Source: Thermoproteota archaeon
Lineage (GTDB): Archaea; Korarchaeota; Korarchaeia; Korarchaeales; Korarchaeaceae
Direction of reading: 5' to 3'
NCBI GenBank assembly: GCA_027491915.1
Contig: JAOZGC010000002.1
Coordinates: forward strand, 608,001-672,000
Length of the DNA: 64,000 nt
Shown here: one piece after another, positions 19,190 through 28,645 of the stretch
Layout: each line of letters begins with the position of its first letter
Position numbering within the stretch: position 1 is the stretch's first letter
Made by a program: the position numbers and the translations under genes
The notes under the pieces: model-generated
Database searches by the model: none
The model's input: only the letters and a program-made list of their open reading frames with translations
What the model was told of the DNA's origin: nothing

Positions 19190-20157
19190 TGATAGAGGTG
19201 GCAGTGGCCAGCGGGAAGGGGGGGGTCGGCAAGTCGACCTTCGCGGCCGCCCTGGCGGTGACCCTGGCCCGCAGGGGGAGGAGGATCGTGGCCGTGGACG
19301 CCGACGCGGACGCGCCCAACCTGCACCTCGTCCTCGGGACCGGGGAGAGGTGGGACTGGGAGGAGCCCTACTCCGACGCCATGGTGGCGGAGATAGTCCC
19401 GGAGAGGTGCACCGGCTGCGGCGTCTGCCGCGAGGTCTGCCCCTACGGGGCGGTCTACGTGGAGGACGGGAGTTACCGCATAAACCGGGTGATATGCGAG
19501 GGCTGCCTCACGTGCACGCTGGCCTGCCCGGAGAAGGGGGCCATAAGGAGGAGGAGGGTGGAGTCGGGCAGGATAATGGGGGTCTCCACGCCCTACGGTT
19601 TCCCCCTGGTGTCGGCCAGCCTCAACCCCGGGAGGCCGAACTCCGGCAAGCTGGTCACCGAGGAGAAGGCCAGGGCCCGGAGGATGGGGCCCGAGATCGT
19701 GGTGGTCGACTCGGCCGCCGGGATAGGGTGCCAGGTGGTGTCCAGCCTGGCCGGGGCCGACGCCGCCTTCCTGGTGGTGGAGCCGACGCCCGCCAGCTTC
19801 GGCGCGCTGAGGAGGGTGCTCAAGCTCACCAGGCACTTCTCCCAGCCGGCCGGCGTCCTGATAAACAAGGTCGACATGAACCCCGGCTTCGCCGACGAGA
19901 TAAGGGAGTTCGCCCGGGGGGAGAACCTGGACCTGGTGGGCGAGGTCCCCTACGACGACGCCGTCCCCAGGAGCATGGCCCTGATGAGGCCCGTCTTCGA
20001 GGTCTTCCCGGACAGCCCCGCCTCCAAGGCCCTGATCGAGGCGGCCGAGAGGGTCGCCGACATCCTGGAGGACTGGGAGGGGTGGTACGCGCGGTTCAGG
20101 CCCAGGAGGCCGGAGCACTACGTCCCCATCATCATAAAGCCCGAGGGGTTCGGGTGA
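19186..20157 (+). CDS. Second MinD-superfamily P-loop ATPase with inserted ferredoxin domain
   Basis: SGKGGVGKS, DADADAPN, CTGCGVC/CEGCLTC, GIGCQV. Confidence 0.9.
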   Translation: MMIEVAVASGKGGVGKSTFAAALAVTLARRGRRIVAVDADADAPNLHLVLGTGERWDWEEPYSDAMVAEIVPERCTGCGVCREVCPYGAVYVEDGSYRINRVICEGCLTCTLACPEKGAIRRRRVESGRIMGVSTPYGFPLVSASLNPGRPNSGKLVTEEKARARRMGPEIVVVDSAAGIGCQVVSSLAGADAAFLVVEPTPASFGALRRVLKLTRHFSQPAGVLINKVDMNPGFADEIREFARGENLDLVGEVPYDDAVPRSMALMRPVFEVFPDSPASKALIEAAERVADILEDWEGWYARFRPRRPEHYVPIIIKPEGFG

Positions 20158-20203
20158 GGCGCAGGTTTTTAACGGCGTTAACTCCGGGCGGGGCGGCGGG
20201 ACC

Positions 20204-20521
20204 ATGAGGGCGGCCTTCATGGTGGAGGAGGACAGGGGGCTCGACTCCGTCGTCAGCTCCAGGTTCGGCAGGGCCCCCCTAATCGTGATAGTGGACCTGG
20301 AGGGGTCCGAGGTCAGGGGGATCAGGACCGTGGAGAACCCAGGGGCCAGGGCCGGCTCCGGGGCGGCCATAAGGGCGGTCCAGAAGTTGGTGGACGAGGG
20401 GGTCCAAGCGGTGGCGGCCGGCGCCTTCGGGCCCAACGCCATGACCGCCCTGGAGGAGGTCGGCATAAGGAGGATCCAGGTCTCCGGCGTGCCCGTGTCG
20501 GAGGCCCTGAGGTCCCTGTGA
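20204..20521 (+). CDS. NifB/NifX-family Fe-Mo cofactor-binding-like protein
   Basis: VSSRFGRAP..GPNA pattern; follows the ATPase pair. Confidence 0.88.
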   Translation: MRAAFMVEEDRGLDSVVSSRFGRAPLIVIVDLEGSEVRGIRTVENPGARAGSGAAIRAVQKLVDEGVQAVAAGAFGPNAMTALEEVGIRRIQVSGVPVSEALRSL

Positions 20522-20641
20522 CCGGCCGCGCCCCCGCCCGCCGAGCACCGACCTCACCCCGTCGACGGCCGGGCCCTTGGGTGGGAGGCCTCGGCCCAGA
20601 GCATCCGACTGGGGGAAGGTCCCCCTAAGAGAGGTCTAACC

Positions 20642-22027
20642 TCACCTCCCCGGCCCGCCCCCGGCGGGGGGGCCATGCTCGAAAACCCCGATCTGCCCCG
20701 CCAGCCAGCGGCCCTCCCCGCCGAGGACCTCCTCCCCGTCGTACACCACGGTCCCGCGGAGGACGGTGGCCCTCACCCTCCCCCTGAGCCTCCTCCCCAG
20801 GAAGGGTCCCTCCGAGTTCCTCGCCAGGAGCCAGTCCGGGTCGACGGCCGTCTCCCCCCTGGGATCCACCAGCACCAGGTCCCCGTCCGACCCGGGCGCC
20901 AGGGCCCCCTTCCTGGGGTAGAGGCCGAAGACCCGGGCCGGGTTCTCCGCCAGCAGCTCCACTACCCTGATCAACCCCAGGGAGCCCCTTAGGGCCGCGT
21001 CCACCGCCAGGGGGAGCAGGGTCTGGACCCCGGCGAAGCCGGCGGCGGCCTCCCAGACGTCGCCCTCCCTCTCCTCGGGGGCGTGGGGGGCGTGGTCAGA
21101 CCCCAGGGTGTCCACGGTCCCGTCGGCGATCCCCCTCCAGAGGGCGGCCCGGTGTCTCCCTCCCCTGATCGGCGGGTTCACCTTCATCAGGTTCCCCAGC
21201 CTCCCGTAGTCCTTCAGGTCCAGGAGGAGGTAGTGGGGGCAGGTCTCGGCCGTCATCTTCGCCCCCCGGGACCTCGCCCACCTGACGGCCTCCAGGCCCT
21301 CCTCCGAGCTCAGGTGGGCCACGTGGACCCTCCCCCCCGTGGCGGCCGCCAGCAGCCCGACCCTGCGGACCGCCTCCTCCTCGCACAGGGGGGGCCTGGA
21401 GTCCGGGTAGTCTGAGGGATCTCGCCTCCCGGCGGACCTGATCCTCCCGGTGAACAGCTCAACCAACTCCCCGTTCTCCGCGTGGAAGACCACGGGGAAG
21501 CCAGACCGGGCCGACTCCTCCAGGATCCGGTAGAGGTCGGCGTCCCCCGGGGCCGGCAGGCCCCCGGTCGTGGGACCCAGGAAGACCTTGAACCCCAGGA
21601 CCCCGGCCCCCAGCATCTCCCCGATCCGGCCGACGTTCCCCCCGTGGAGCACCCCCAGGAGTCCGAAGTCGACGGAGGCCCTGCCGGAGAGCAGGGAGGC
21701 CTTCTCCCGGACGGCCTCCCCGGAGTCGACCGGCGGCACGGTGTTTGGCATCTCCACCACCGTGGTGACCCCGCCCGCCGCGGCCGCCGCGGTCCCCGTT
21801 GAGAAGTCCCCCTCCCTCTCCAGCCCCGGCTCCCTCATGTGGACGTGGCCGTCGACGGCCCCCGGCATCACCAGGAGGCCGGCGGCGTCCAGCCTCTCCG
21901 CGGGGAGGTCCGACAGCCCCCTCCCGACGGCCGCCACCGACCCCTCCTCTATCAGCACGTCGGCCTCCAGGACGCCCCACGGCAGGACCACCCTGCCGCC
22001 CCTGACGACCAGGCTCCCCCCCGGCAT
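20642..22027 (-). CDS. Dihydroorotase/allantoinase (cyclic amidohydrolase)
   Basis: DGHVHMREPG, MPNTVPP, HAE, HVAHLS, ETCPHYL, KVNPPIR, SDHAPH. Confidence 0.9.
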   Translation of the reverse strand: MPGGSLVVRGGRVVLPWGVLEADVLIEEGSVAAVGRGLSDLPAERLDAAGLLVMPGAVDGHVHMREPGLEREGDFSTGTAAAAAGGVTTVVEMPNTVPPVDSGEAVREKASLLSGRASVDFGLLGVLHGGNVGRIGEMLGAGVLGFKVFLGPTTGGLPAPGDADLYRILEESARSGFPVVFHAENGELVELFTGRIRSAGRRDPSDYPDSRPPLCEEEAVRRVGLLAAATGGRVHVAHLSSEEGLEAVRWARSRGAKMTAETCPHYLLLDLKDYGRLGNLMKVNPPIRGGRHRAALWRGIADGTVDTLGSDHAPHAPEEREGDVWEAAAGFAGVQTLLPLAVDAALRGSLGLIRVVELLAENPARVFGLYPRKGALAPGSDGDLVLVDPRGETAVDPDWLLARNSEGPFLGRRLRGRVRATVLRGTVVYDGEEVLGGEGRWLAGQIGVFEHGPPAGGGPGR

Positions 22028-22079
22028 GATCCCGGCCGCGGCCGGTCGGGACCGACCCCATTAAAAGGCCCCCCGGGGG

Positions 22080-22379
22080 GTGGCCGCGGTGGGAGCCCTG
22101 ACCCTCCTCCTGAGGAGGACCGGGTGGACGAGGGAGGCCCTCTCCTTCGCCTCCAAGCTCAGCGAGGTCCTGGGGGACGACCTGGTCGCCGTCTACGTGG
22201 CCCCCTCCCCGGACTCCGCGGTGGACGGGGTCAACGCCCTGGTGGTGGTCAGGGACCCCGGGAGGGTCGAGCGGAGGGTGGTGGAGGTGGCCTCCGAGTT
22301 CGGCGTCTCGCCGGCGGTGGCGGCCGAGGGCGACCCGGAGGCGAGGTCCCTTGGGGAGGCCTTCAGGCGCGTCTTCTGA
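22080..22379 (+). CDS. Degenerate MNT-like protein
   Basis: LGDDLVAVYV..GVNALVVV fold pattern without the GS/DxD catalytic motif; upstream of a HEPN gene. Confidence 0.55.
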   Translation: MAAVGALTLLLRRTGWTREALSFASKLSEVLGDDLVAVYVAPSPDSAVDGVNALVVVRDPGRVERRVVEVASEFGVSPAVAAEGDPEARSLGEAFRRVF

Positions 22380-22731
22380 GTACGCCGAGAAGGCCGTCAG
22401 GATGCTAGAGGCGGCCAGGTTCGATCTGGAGAGTGAGATGTTCGACAAGGCCGTCAGCGCCGCCTACTTCGCCGTCGAGGCGGCCCTGAACTCCCTGTCC
22501 GTCTCGAGGCAGGGGACCGTCCCTTCCGGGTTCAGGAGCAGGCTGAGGCTCGTGGAGAGGTGGTTCGGAGAGGAGTTCAGGAGGGAGTACGCCCTGCTCC
22601 ACCACGCCAGGGTCAAGGCGGATCACGGGAGGAGCCTGACCTCCAGGGAGGCGGCCGAGGACGCCCTGAGGGTCGCGGAGGGGCTGGTGTCCTCCCTGCT
22701 GCGGGCCCCCGGGGGCCCGGGGTCCGGCTGA
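22351..22731 (+). CDS. HEPN domain protein (UPF0332-like)
   Basis: AVSAAYFAVEAA..HHARVKADH..EAAEDAL. Confidence 0.8.
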   Translation: MGRPSGASSEYAEKAVRMLEAARFDLESEMFDKAVSAAYFAVEAALNSLSVSRQGTVPSGFRSRLRLVERWFGEEFRREYALLHHARVKADHGRSLTSREAAEDALRVAEGLVSSLLRAPGGPGSG

Positions 22732-22806
22732 ACGGATCGTAAAATATTTTTTCTCTATATGTGCTCACCTTTTTATCCTGCCGCCTTCTCCTAGCCGAAG
22801 ATCTGA

Positions 22807-24900
22807 ATGAATGTCTCAATCAGGCAGGTCGCAGTAGTCTCCGCCCTGGCGGTCCTCTCCCTGCCGGGACCGGCGGCCGCGCTCTCGGATGGCGGGACTG
22901 GGGAGTGGGCAGTGGAGGCCTCCACCCCTCCCCTGGTCCGGATAGACATGGACGGGGGATCCTGGTGCGCCCTGACCGCCGACGGGAGGATCCTTTGGGG
23001 GGACGCCTCGGGGTTCTCCGAGGTGGACGGGTCGGGCCTCCCGGCGGGGGCCGAGGTGAGGGACGTGGCCTGCTCCGGCGGGGCCATATTCGCCGCCGGG
23101 AGGTACCCCCTCCCCGGGGGAGGTTGGGCCCCCCTCCTGGCGGCCAGGTCGGGGGGGTCGTGGCAGATAGTCCTGGGCCACGACAACCTGCTCGACGTGG
23201 TCGGCTCGTGCTGGGGCTCCCTCGGGAGCGGCGTCCTGGAGTCGGTCGACGACGGACCCAGCGGTCAGTTCTACGCCGTGGGGTGGGTGGAGGACTGCGG
23301 GAACGGGCAGCCCTGCCCCCTCCTGGTGCTGGCCAGGCCGACCGGCAGCTGGACCCCCTGCGGAAACCTGCAGGGGTGTCAGGCGGGGGTCCTCCCCAGG
23401 GACGTGGACTGCGACCAGAGCGGGTTCTGCCTAGTCCTGGCCGAGAAGTCCGCGTCCGGTCCGATGCATGGCCTGGGGGTCTACGCCCTACTGACCGGGA
23501 CGCAGGGCGGCAGGACTTACCTGATCATCGCCCCCTCCGGGGCCTCCGGGGCCCACGCCGCGGTGGACGCCGTGGCCGGCCGGGTCGGGATAGGCCTGAT
23601 CCGGAGGGGGGGATCCACGCTCGCGAAGACCGAGAACGGGGGGACCGTGTGGACGATTAGGTCCCTCCCGGGCGGTAGGGTCGACTGGTCGGCCGTGGCC
23701 TGCCCCGCCGCGGACTCCTGCTGGGCGGCGGGCTCCGGGGGGACCTCGGCCATGTACCTGATCACCATGCCGTCGGGCTCCGTCCACGTCTCCCCCGTCG
23801 ACACTCCGATCTCGCGCTCGACCGCCCAGGTGACAGACATAGACTGCGCCGGCGCAGAGTGCGTGGCGTCGGCCCGCGGGACCGCGCCGGGGAACTCGTC
23901 CTCGGGGTGGGTCCTCCGCTTCACCCCGTCCTCCGGCGGTGGAGGGGGCGGCGGTGGAGGTGGAGGTGGAGGGGGCGGGATCCCGCGGATCGTCCCCGGA
24001 ATGGGTCCGTCCCTGCCGCCGGGGCTGTCCCTTCCGACCTTCATAGATCCGGCCATACTGGGGGTCATGAGCAACCTGACCTCGGTCCCCTCCAAGATGG
24101 ACCTCTCGCCCGACTCCCCGGAGGTCCAGGTGGGCGAGGCGGTCACCGTCTACGGCAGGATAGAGGTTCAGGACAACAGGCCGGTCTCCGGAGAGGTCAA
24201 CCTCACGATAATCGGCCCGACCGGTACCTGGACCGGCCAGGCCCCCATAGGGGAGAACAACTCCTTCGGGGTCAGGTTCTCCCCCACCGCGGCCGGGATC
24301 TGGACCGTGACCGCTTCTTGGGGGGGAACCGAGGACGGGTCGGTCGACGGGTGCTCCGCCAGCGTGAACGTCACGGCCACGGAGCCAGAGGAGGTAGAGC
24401 CAATCATGGGATCCTTCGGCCTCCTGGGCAACCTCACCCCGGTGGCCCCGGCCGACCCGGACTCCGAATCGGCCGCCGACGTGCTGGGGGAGGAGCCCGC
24501 CGGGGCGCCGCCGGCCGAGGGGCACATCCTGGTGGTGGGGGGTCCGGAGGCCAACCCCCTGGCCGCCCAGCTGAACGGGCTCCTCGGGATATCCCTGGAG
24601 TTCACCAACGAGCAGAAGACGGCCGGCAGGATAGAGGTGTCCGGGGAGGTCTTCGAGTTTGACGACCTGCAGTTCGGCAGGGCCGACTACGGCGTGGTGG
24701 CGGTCGCCGAGTACGAGGGGAGGCTCGTCTTCTTCGCCGAGGGGTTCACCAGGTACGGGACCAGGGCGGCCCTGATGTACCTCGCGTCGTCGTGGATGTG
24801 GCACCCCAACTCGTCCTACGTGATAATCAAGTGGTCCGACGCGGACGGGAACGGCCGGATATCTCAGGGGGACGTCTTCAGGGTCCTGGCCTCGGGGTGA
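22807..24900 (+). CDS. Secreted Cys-rich beta-propeller-like protein with poly-Gly linker, Ig-like domain and C-terminal S-layer-like module
   Basis: Signal peptide; repeated V-A/D-C..C-W/L-A motifs; long Gly run near 23935-23978; AGIWTVTASWGG; VVGGPEAN..GTRAAL..WSDADGNG. Confidence 0.7.
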   Translation: MNVSIRQVAVVSALAVLSLPGPAAALSDGGTGEWAVEASTPPLVRIDMDGGSWCALTADGRILWGDASGFSEVDGSGLPAGAEVRDVACSGGAIFAAGRYPLPGGGWAPLLAARSGGSWQIVLGHDNLLDVVGSCWGSLGSGVLESVDDGPSGQFYAVGWVEDCGNGQPCPLLVLARPTGSWTPCGNLQGCQAGVLPRDVDCDQSGFCLVLAEKSASGPMHGLGVYALLTGTQGGRTYLIIAPSGASGAHAAVDAVAGRVGIGLIRRGGSTLAKTENGGTVWTIRSLPGGRVDWSAVACPAADSCWAAGSGGTSAMYLITMPSGSVHVSPVDTPISRSTAQVTDIDCAGAECVASARGTAPGNSSSGWVLRFTPSSGGGGGGGGGGGGGGGIPRIVPGMGPSLPPGLSLPTFIDPAILGVMSNLTSVPSKMDLSPDSPEVQVGEAVTVYGRIEVQDNRPVSGEVNLTIIGPTGTWTGQAPIGENNSFGVRFSPTAAGIWTVTASWGGTEDGSVDGCSASVNVTATEPEEVEPIMGSFGLLGNLTPVAPADPDSESAADVLGEEPAGAPPAEGHILVVGGPEANPLAAQLNGLLGISLEFTNEQKTAGRIEVSGEVFEFDDLQFGRADYGVVAVAEYEGRLVFFAEGFTRYGTRAALMYLASSWMWHPNSSYVIIKWSDADGNGRISQGDVFRVLASG

Positions 24901-24969
24901 CGGGCGACGCGGCCGGCCGCCCGCCCACCCACCCCCCTCATTTTTCTCCTCGCGGCCCCCCGTCCACCA

Positions 24970-26490
24970 ATGCGCCCGCTGAGGTTGAGGGTGGCCGGGC
25001 CCGCCCTCCCGTCCGGGGCCAGGCTCCTAGTGGTCGACCCGGGGGAGGCGGCCGCCGCCGGGCTCAGGTCCTACGATAGGGTCAGGGTCAGACTCGGGGG
25101 GAGGTCGGCCGCCGCCCTCCTGGCCGCCGTGGGCGGGATCGTGGGGCCGGGGGAGGCGGCCGCCTCCCTGGAGCTGGCCGAGGCCCTCGGGCTCCGGGGC
25201 GGGGAGGAAGTGGAGGTCACGCTGGCAGGCGTTCCCCCCTCCTACGGGGCCATAAGGAGGAAGATGAGGGGCGAGAGCCTCTCCCCCGATGAGATAAGGT
25301 CGGTGGTCGAGGACGTCGCGGGGTACTCCCTGGGGGAGCTCGAGGTGGCGGCCTTCCTCCTGGCCCAGGAGATGAGGGGGATGACGCCGGAGGAGGTGAG
25401 GGCCCTGACGGCGGCCATGGTCGAGGTCGGCGGCAGGATAGACTTCGGCAGGCCCGTTTACGAGAAGCACTCGATAGGCGGGGTGCCGGGGAACAAGGTC
25501 AGCCTGCTGGTAGTGCCCATAGTGGCCTCCGCCGGGGTCTTCATACCGAAGACCAGCAGCCGGGCCATAACCAGCCCCTCGGGGACTGCCGACACCATGG
25601 AGGTCCTCGCCCCCGTCGAGTTCTCCCCGGAGGAGTTCAGGGAGGTCGCCCTGAGGGCGGGCGGGGCTATAGTGTGGAACGGCGGCCTGCGCCTCTCCCC
25701 GGTGAGCGAGGTATTCGCCAGGGTGGGGCGCAGGCTTGAGATAGATCCGCCCAGCCAGATGATGGCCAGCATCCTGTCGGAGAAGCTGGCCGTCGGGACG
25801 CACGGGATGGTGCTGGACATACCGGTCGGCAGGGGGGCGAAGGTGGAGACCCTGGCCGAGGCCGAGTCCCTGGCCTCCAGGTTCCTGGAGCTGGGGAGGG
25901 CCTTCGGCGTCAGGATCCAGTGCGCCGTCACCTACGGGGGACAGCCGGTGGGCCACGCCGTGGGCCCGGCCCTGGAGGCCAGAGAGGCCCTGGAGGCCCT
26001 GTCCGGCAGGGGGCCGGCCAGCCTCACGGAGAAGTCCACCGGCCTGGCAGGGATGCTGCTGGAGCTGGCTGGGGCGGCCCCCAGGGGCGGAGGGAAGGCG
26101 GCGGCAGAGGCCGCCCTTGAGTCCGGGAGGGCCGAGAGGAAGCTCAGGGAGATCGTGGACGCCCAGGGCGGCGACCCCTCCGTCGGGCCCGAGGACGTCC
26201 CCGTGGGGGAGAAGTCGACCGAGGTCAGGTCCACCGCTGACGGCTACGTCACCAGGGTCTACAACTCAGCCGTCGCGGCCGTGGCCAGGGCGGCCGGGGC
26301 CCCGGAGGAGAAGGGGGCCGGCGTCCTGCTGCACGCCAAGCAGGGGTACAAGGTCAGGAGGGGGGACGTCCTCTTCGAGATCTACGCAGAGAGGGAGTCC
26401 AGGCTCACCGAGGCCCTGGCCCTCGCCTCCGAGCTGAGGCCCGTGATGGTGGAGGGGATGCTCCTCAGGAGGATCCCGGACTACGCCTGA
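24970..26490 (+). CDS. AMP phosphorylase (thymidine phosphorylase family)
   Basis: KHSIGGVPGNK, PKTSSRAITSPSGTADTME, QPVGHAVGPALEA and the archaeal N-terminal extension. Confidence 0.92.
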   Translation: MRPLRLRVAGPALPSGARLLVVDPGEAAAAGLRSYDRVRVRLGGRSAAALLAAVGGIVGPGEAAASLELAEALGLRGGEEVEVTLAGVPPSYGAIRRKMRGESLSPDEIRSVVEDVAGYSLGELEVAAFLLAQEMRGMTPEEVRALTAAMVEVGGRIDFGRPVYEKHSIGGVPGNKVSLLVVPIVASAGVFIPKTSSRAITSPSGTADTMEVLAPVEFSPEEFREVALRAGGAIVWNGGLRLSPVSEVFARVGRRLEIDPPSQMMASILSEKLAVGTHGMVLDIPVGRGAKVETLAEAESLASRFLELGRAFGVRIQCAVTYGGQPVGHAVGPALEAREALEALSGRGPASLTEKSTGLAGMLLELAGAAPRGGGKAAAEAALESGRAERKLREIVDAQGGDPSVGPEDVPVGEKSTEVRSTADGYVTRVYNSAVAAVARAAGAPEEKGAGVLLHAKQGYKVRRGDVLFEIYAERESRLTEALALASELRPVMVEGMLLRRIPDYA

Positions 26491-27245
26491 CGGGGAGGCC
26501 GGACCTCCCAGGGCGGGACCTCCCCCCTCCTGAGCAGGTGCTCCAGGGCGGCCTCGGCCCACCCCTCCAGCCCCAGGGACCTTACCCTCCCGACCGCCGC
26601 CTCCACATCGTACCGCACCCGGCCCAGCCTGATCCCCCCTCCCTCCTCCAGCACGGCGTAGGAGGCCCGCGGGTCGCCGTCCCTGGGCTGCCCGACCGAC
26701 CCAGGGTTCACGACCCGGGTCCCGCCGACCTCCCTGTCCATCGGGCGGTGGGTGTGGCCCAGCAGGACCAGGTCCGCCGACACCCTCCTGGGCCCGGAGA
26801 TCCCCGCCTCAACGAGCTCGGCCTCCAGCTCGGACTCGGACGCGGCTGGCATGACGTAGCCGTGGAGCGGATCCCGGGGGGAGGCGTGCACGGCGTACGC
26901 GGCCGCGCCTCCCAGGTCCAGCTCCGCCCTCCTGGGCAGGGAGCCCAGCCAGTCCAGGTCCCCCCTCGAGAGGGCGGGCAGGGTGATCTCCCGCCTCGTG
27001 TACTCGCTCAGAGGCCTGAGCTCCTCGGCGCACCCGCACCCCACCCCGAAGGCCGCCGCGGCGTCGTGGTTCCCCATTACGGCCACGTCGGCCGAGGACC
27101 TGAGCGCGTCGACCGCCTCCCCCGGGTCTGGACCGTAGTCCACCGCGTCCCCCAGGAAGACGACCAGGTCTGCCTCCGCCGAGTTGAGCACGGCCCTCAG
27201 GGCCTCCGCGTTGGCGTGGACGTCGGACAGCACCAGGACCCTCAC
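26481..27245 (-). CDS. Metallophosphoesterase (calcineurin-like)
   Basis: SDVHAN, GDAVDYG, GNHD, GHTH, NPGSVGQPRDG. Confidence 0.92.
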   Translation of the reverse strand: MRVLVLSDVHANAEALRAVLNSAEADLVVFLGDAVDYGPDPGEAVDALRSSADVAVMGNHDAAAAFGVGCGCAEELRPLSEYTRREITLPALSRGDLDWLGSLPRRAELDLGGAAAYAVHASPRDPLHGYVMPAASESELEAELVEAGISGPRRVSADLVLLGHTHRPMDREVGGTRVVNPGSVGQPRDGDPRASYAVLEEGGGIRLGRVRYDVEAAVGRVRSLGLEGWAEAALEHLLRRGEVPPWEVRPPRQA

Positions 27246-27383
27246 GCGCCCGCCGGGACCCCTGCCCGTATAAGAGGCCGCCCGGCCGGGGCGCCCCGAG
27301 ACCCCGGCCCCCGGCCGCGCCGGCGGGTCGACCCCCGTCGACCCTTTTATAGCCCGGGACCCTCCCAATCTTTGGTGGGAACC

Positions 27384-27620
27384 ATGGAGGTCGTGGGAAG
27401 GTTGGACGCGCGGGGCAGGCTGACCATACCCAAGGAGATTAGGGAGGAGGCCAGGCTCGGAGACCTGGTCAGGATCAGGCTGGAGGGCGGCAGGGTGGTG
27501 ATAGAGCCCCTGGAGGCCAGGCCGATCAGGAGGGCCAGGTTCAAGGTCACCTCCCTGGACCTACCCAGGGTGAGGCGGGAGCTGACGGAACTTGCCGAGG
27601 ACCTCGCCGGCTCTGGCTGA
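27384..27620 (+). CDS. vapB: AbrB/MazE-type antitoxin (VapB)
   Basis: LDARGRLTIPKEIRE..GDLVRI..VVIEP. Confidence 0.88.
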   Translation: MEVVGRLDARGRLTIPKEIREEARLGDLVRIRLEGGRVVIEPLEARPIRRARFKVTSLDLPRVRRELTELAEDLAGSG

Positions 27621-28008
27621 GACGGACTTCCTTATAGCCCTCCTGAACGAGGCGGATCCGCTGCACGGGGCCGCGCTCAGGGCCTGCGGCAGGTTCCGCC
27701 TGATCCTCTCCCCCTACAGCCTGGTCGAGCTGGACCTGCTGGTCCTGTCCGGGAGGATAGAGGTGGACGACCCGGCCGAGTTCTCGCGAGACGTGATCCG
27801 CGAGCTCCGGGTGAGGAGGATCTCCACCGCCCCGGCGAGGCCGGAGGTCCACGCCAGGGCCTGGGAGCTGAGGGAGGGCGGGGGAGGCGCCGGGTACTTC
27901 GACAGCCTGCACAGGGCGCTGGCCGAGGTCGAGGGCCTGCCCCTGCTCAGCGCGGACGGGGCTCACTCGGGCTGCGGGGCGGGCTGGATAGACCTGCGCT
28001 CCGTCTGA
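27592..28008 (+). CDS. vapC: PIN-domain toxin (VapC)
   Basis: AETDFLIA..DPLH..LVE..YFDSLH..LLSAD. Confidence 0.85.
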   Translation: MPRTSPALAETDFLIALLNEADPLHGAALRACGRFRLILSPYSLVELDLLVLSGRIEVDDPAEFSRDVIRELRVRRISTAPARPEVHARAWELREGGGGAGYFDSLHRALAEVEGLPLLSADGAHSGCGAGWIDLRSV

Positions 28009-28058
28009 TCACGCCCGGTGGCCCGCGCCCGAACCGTGGGATCGGCGCCCGGCCCGGC

Positions 28059-28514
28059 CTAGGCGGGGCCGGGAGGAACCTCCCCCTGGTTCGCATGAAC
28101 TCCTCGTACTCGCCTCCCCAGTACCCGAGGAGCCCTTCCTCCTCCAGCTCGGCCAACCTGTTCCAGAGGGGCAGCATCGACAAGTTCAGGATGATCCCCG
28201 GGATGCTCTCGAACAGGAGGGCCGCCCCGAACCCGATCATGATGAAGGCCGGGTAGAAGGGGTGCCTCACGTACCCGTAGGGTCCTCGGGTGAGGGGGCG
28301 GTCGAAGTCCTCCGGCCTGTCGTGCCTCTCCGGATAGAGGGAGTGGACGCGGAAGGCCAGGCAGGGCGGATCCGGCCGCCGCGAGGACGAGGACCGCGCG
28401 GGACGAGATCCCCGCGACCGTCCCCCCCACGGGGCTGAGCAGGATCGCGCAGGCCGGGATCAGCAGGCCGAAGAATATGGCGAACACCGCCCTCCGGAGC
28501 CCGGCCGACTCCAC
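28059..28514 (-). pseudogene. Isoprenylcysteine carboxyl methyltransferase/PEMT-family membrane protein, frameshift near 28365
   Basis: TRGPYGYVRHPFY and EEEGLL..GGEYEEF..GRFLP in one frame; N-terminal TM segments in another. Confidence 0.72.
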
Positions 28515-28645
28515 CGACGGGGGGTGGGTTAGCCGCGGCCCTTAAACCCTAACTCCCCCTCCCCACCCCCGGCGCCGGGCGCGGACCCCGGGTCTCCACC
28601 ATTGGTCCCCAACCTCCATATACCCCCGGGCCCCCCACCGGCTCG

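Noticed and set aside
20522-20641. Intergenic segment as a possible small RNA
   Set aside because: No C/D boxes, ACA tail or convincing structure visible.
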